Shown here piece by piece: positions 60,229 to 64,000 of a stretch of DNA of 64,000 nucleotides. Numbering within the stretch: the stretch's first letter is position 1; each line of letters starts with the position of its first letter. A program made the position numbers and the translations under genes. Where the stretch lies: positions 3,535,225-3,599,224 of the forward strand of contig MU055269.1 in assembly GCA_013239625.1 (NCBI GenBank). The letters run 5' to 3'. This stretch comes from Lama guanicoe. Lineage: Eukaryota. The notes under the pieces are model-generated. The model was not told where the DNA came from, searched no databases, and saw nothing but the letters and a program-made list of their open reading frames with translations.

Positions 60229-60597
60229 AACAGCTCTGCTTCCTGGGCGTCTTGGCCTGATTCTGCCCCCAGAGCACAGGACACAGGCCCTGACGGTGGA
60301 CGGCTGGTGTCGTGCGCCCAGGCGGCAGGTGTGACGTTTGGAGGCGGGAACTGGGGAGGGACCGTGCAGGGACACTGGAAGCCCTGGTCAGTGGTCACGC
60401 TGCCCACAGATCCCCCGTTTGACAGCGGACAGCCACATTCTATGTCACTGTTTCTCCCGGGTCCTCTGACCTCCTCTAGAACAGTTCTCGTCTGTGACGT
60501 CCTCCAAGTGGGTCTCTGCCACCTGACGGATGTCCCCCGGCGCTCCTCTCCCAGCCCGTATGTGGCGTTCTTTCCCTCTCTCCTCTCCGAGGAGCCA

Positions 60598-60640
60598 GGC
60601 ATTTACTGAGCACCTACTGTGTGCTGGGCACAGACGCGGA
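60598..60640 (-). mobile_element. LINE-2 3'-end remnant
   Basis: CATTTACTGAGCACCTACTGTGTGCTGGGCA is the typical L2 terminal motif. Confidence 0.55.
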
Positions 60641-60922
60641 GCCTGGTGCTCCTGCACTGCTGGCCCTGGGCCTGTGGTGGGCGGTCAGGTCAGCATGGCC
60701 AGGTGGGCTAGGGGGACCCCGTGCCCTGTGCCTAAGTATTGCGAGTGTTAAGTCAGGGTTACGGACTGCTTGAAACATGTCTTTCCCTTAACTTGACAGA
60801 CGCCTTCAAAGCCACCTGGAATCCCCGGTTTTCCTGGTTCGACACGGCGGCTGGGCCGGGCCGGGCCGGGCCCCGCTCTCGGTCGTTTTCCTCTCGTCCT
60901 CCCCCGACTCTGCCACAGGCCA

Positions 60923-60959
60923 CCTGTCCTGTCCTGTCCTGTCCTGTCCTGTCCTGTCC
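60923..60959. repeat. (CCTGT)7 pentanucleotide microsatellite
   Basis: Seven perfect copies. Confidence 0.97.
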
Positions 60960-62599
60960 AGGTCCGACACTGCCCTGGCTCTGGCAGGAGGACTATTTGG
61001 GGAGGGGACTGTAGAGTCTATGAGGGGTCAGATTAGGGTTGGGGCTGGCTTGGGACAGGCTGTTCTCCCAGGAGGAAGTCCTCCCGCCTGAGTCCAAGGT
61101 GGCCCTGGTCCCCGGGGACGTCCTAGGTGGAGTGGGACCGGGTGCCCTTGTCTGGACCCACCGGGTCGGCCGGAGTGCTGGCCGTTGTCATGGGTACGCG
61201 GTTCCCTTCTGCTCCGGGCGCCAAGCACAGCGAGAACTTGGATAGAGGCACTGCCCAGGTTGAGAGAGGCCTGGTGTTTCCATGGGTTTGCGGCAGGACC
61301 AGGCTGGGGGCTGCGGCAGGCCTGGAGAGGCACCTGGGGACGGTGGCCCCACTGTGACTGCGTCTGTCCCGTCTTGTTCCCCACCTGCCCTCTGTTAGTT
61401 GAAAGCCTCTCTATCCTCCCAGCTGCCCGGTCACCATGTCGGGACACCCCTGACTCAGTCTCCAAACACAGTTAGTCAGCACCTCCCCACACCGTCCTGT
61501 CCGCCTGGTCACTGTGGTCCCTCTGCAGACCATCAGCGTCTGGACTCCCACCTCCTGCTGTCTGTGTCCTGACTGGCTCAGAATGTGCCACAGCTCCCGG
61601 GGCACACGGGCAAACCCAAAGTGGGCTGACGCTGGAGAGCGTGGCATCCGAGCCTCCGTGTGGGCTGAAGCTCAGATGTGGAGTCGGCCCCAAGTGATCA
61701 GAAATGAGACCTGGGTTTGAGACTCACTGGGGAGCGGGGTGAGGAGAGACGGGGCCTGGGAAGGCAGGTCCAGTTCCCAGCACCAAACAGCACCCTCCAT
61801 GGTGCCTCCCAGTACGCACTGCAAGGCAGGAGGTGTTCTGGCCATGGGGGAAGCTGCCCGAGAGGTGACCAAACACAGCGCCCAGAGTTCGGGGCTCCGA
61901 GGTGTGTATTGGTATTCCGCAGGAAGTTCCTAATTATCTGTGAAATTGAGGCTCTATTTTCAGATAAGACCAACAATGTGATTCCACCAAATGAGCTGAA
62001 CATGCCTCTTCCTCCTCCCGTCCCTGAGTGGGCAGGGGTGGCCCATGTCACACAGAGCCCGTCGGCCTGTGTAGGCAGTGCTAACGGACTGGTCACCCTG
62101 GCTGGGGAAGGGACAGCCACAGCCTTCCAAGGCCAGTGTGAACGTAGCCGAGCTTCTGGGGGCTGGGGGCAGACTAGTTAGGAAGGCAGCTCAGAGCGAC
62201 CGTGCCCAGTATAGGGGTTCCGGCTGCACAGACAGGCGTGTGGGGCCCCACCCGCTTTTCCTCAGGGACTTCCTCACCTAAACCAGCAGCCCAGCTGCTG
62301 AGCTGGGTGTGGAGGTGGGGCCTGTGCGGGGCCTGCCTTCCACTGGGAGTCCAGGGTCTGCTGTTGGGGCCCTGGGGCCCCCCACGTATGTGGTGAACGT
62401 GCCGCTTCCTGCACTGAGTCGCCTGGGGGGGCGGGCAGCCCCCAAGCCAGAACAGAGGAGGGGCTCGCTGAGCTCCAGCCTGGCCTCGGACGCAGGAGGC
62501 AGGCAGGAAGAAGGGACAGAGGCCTTGGCCCCGTCCCATTTCCCTCTGTCTTCATCGTCTCCAAAGGGAGGGGCTCAGGGGCACAGTGCCACCCTGCTG

Positions 62600-63490
62600 G
62601 GTCCAGACCTCGACGTGGACCGTGCAGAACTGGCTGTGAGAAGAGACCCTGTGGTGAGCAGAGACTTCCTGTCTAGGACACAGACGTCCCTGACGACTAA
62701 GGAAAGAGTGATTTGTCTCGACTTCATTAAAATTAAGAACTTCTGTTCATCAGGAGGCACCAACAGAGAGCGGAGGGGCCCCGCAGGGACACAGTGGGAC
62801 ACTGCCGGCAGGAGGCCACCAACACCAAGGATGGAGAGCTGCACACATCAGCAGGAAATGCTGACAATCCCACTTTCAAGTGGGCAGAGACTGCAGTAGG
62901 CCCTTCGTGCCTGGGCGCCCAGGTGTGCGGCCAGTGGTGGAAAGGGGTCACCGCCACTTTGATCGAGAAAGCGCCCAGACACCACGGCCCCAGCTCCAGA
63001 CTGACTGCAGGTCTAAGGGCAGACAGACCGTGAGTCGGGTGTGGAGCAGGAGGGGTCCCCATGGTCCTGATGGAGCAGAACTGACAGCAGCGCCCCCACT
63101 GAGCACACAGAGCTGCTCCCGACGGCTGCCCTGCTGGGCGCACCCCCCGCACAGAAACGGGTGGCCGTCTGCTGGGAACATGCGTGGGGGTGTTGTGTGT
63201 AAGGGCCAGACCCAGACGCAACCCAGATGACCAGTGTGCTGTGTCCACACACAGGAATGCTCCATGACACCGAACAAAGCAACCAGAGGTCAGATCTGTA
63301 GGAAAAGTGTGACCCCAGTGACAGAGAGTCGGAGGCGGCAGCAGTAGTGGTTGGTGACCGGGGTCAGAACAGGGACCGCCTCTGAGCTGCTAGGGACCAT
63401 CGGGGTCTCCATCTCGGTGGAGGTCTGCGGGCAGACACCTGTGTGAACTTTCTCCAAGCCGTGGGCTTCACTGTACGTTAGTTGCACCAA
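62600..63490 (+). mobile_element. Decayed ancient L1 3' fragment (ORF2 end and 3' UTR)
   Basis: GACTTCATTAAAATTAAGAACTTCTGTTCATCA encodes DFIKIKNFCSS, a hallmark L1 ORF2 C-terminal motif. Flanks are strongly GC-shifted. Confidence 0.75.
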
Positions 63491-63499
63491 GTTCAAAGA

Positions 63500-63690
63500 C
63501 TCTCGGACCCTGGAGTTGGGCCACCTTGGGTTGAATCGAGGTCTGTGGTGCGCTCTGCTCCCGCGCGGTGCTGCTCCAGCCGCTGGACCTCCCTGGGCCT
63601 CGGTTTTCATCCGGGAAATGGGCTGACAGCAGCCCCCACCTCAGACATGGCTGAGAGGCTGGAATCAGTAAAGACCAATGGAGCGCACAG
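63500..63690 (+). mobile_element. MIR SINE
   Basis: B-box-like GGGTTGAATC (~63528) and core ACCTCCCTGGGCCTCGGTTTTCATCCGGGAAATGGG...CCCACCTCA. Confidence 0.7.
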
Positions 63691-64000
63691 AGTCCTGGCT
63701 GGGGCTGCCGAGCCCGGGAAGCCCGGCTGCCCGGTTGTCGGACTGTTCGTTCTCTCCAGGCGTCAGACGTGTTTGCCGTGGGCAGCACTGGCCCCGCCTG
63801 TTCCACATGCTCCCCGCCTGGCCCCGCTTCACTCCCACACCCACACCAGGTCCCAGGAAACAGCCAGTCCGGGAGCTCTGTTCTGTGCAGGCTTCACCTA
63901 CAGCGCATAAACTGCTCAAAAACGTGCACCACCCACCACTGTGCTTCGCCTGCCGTCAGTTTAGGCTCCCAGTAAACATTAGGAACTGTACACAAAGCTG

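Noticed and set aside
1-64000. CRISPR array, operon or prokaryote-type defence system
   Set aside because: No repeat-spacer periodicity. The spliced gene, SINEs and LINEs show this is mammalian DNA.
42460-64000. A second gene downstream, such as CTDP1 or a lncRNA
   Set aside because: No recognisable coding exons or clear promoter; a lncRNA cannot be supported from sequence alone.

Overview
GC- and CpG-rich mammalian genomic DNA containing the 3' end of NFATC1 on the + strand. The species is probably a camelid, inferred from tRNA-derived Vic-1-like SINEs. Gene structure: exon 8 (3044-3176; end of the Rel/IPT domain, KRKR NLS), its read-through terminal extension for the short isoform A (stop at 3235, AATAAA at 3565), exon 9 with an internal donor for isoform B (14724) and a distal donor for isoform C (15031), and the last exon (40702 to ~42455). 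The last exon starts with TAA, which is the stop for isoform B and is read as the end of V in VNEIIRNDLSSTNIHS* for isoform C. Exon numbering follows the 10-exon human convention from memory. The rest is intron or intergenic: two decayed, near-complete ancient L1 elements (one sense in intron 9, one antisense downstream with nested insertions), smaller L1/MIR/L2 fragments, three SINEs, microsatellites, two assembly gaps and several AT-rich motif-dense islands that look like enhancers. Almost all ORFs in the six-frame track are GC-rich noise. I found no CRISPR array, rRNA, true tRNA gene or convincing new protein-coding system. The most promising leads are a Y-to-D change in the conserved C-terminal NFAT motif, a tandem splice acceptor next to the SUMO site, miR-124 sites in both alternative 3' UTRs, several candidate enhancer modules and signs of AT-to-GC erosion of repeats. 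All cross-species comparisons are from recall, not from alignments.
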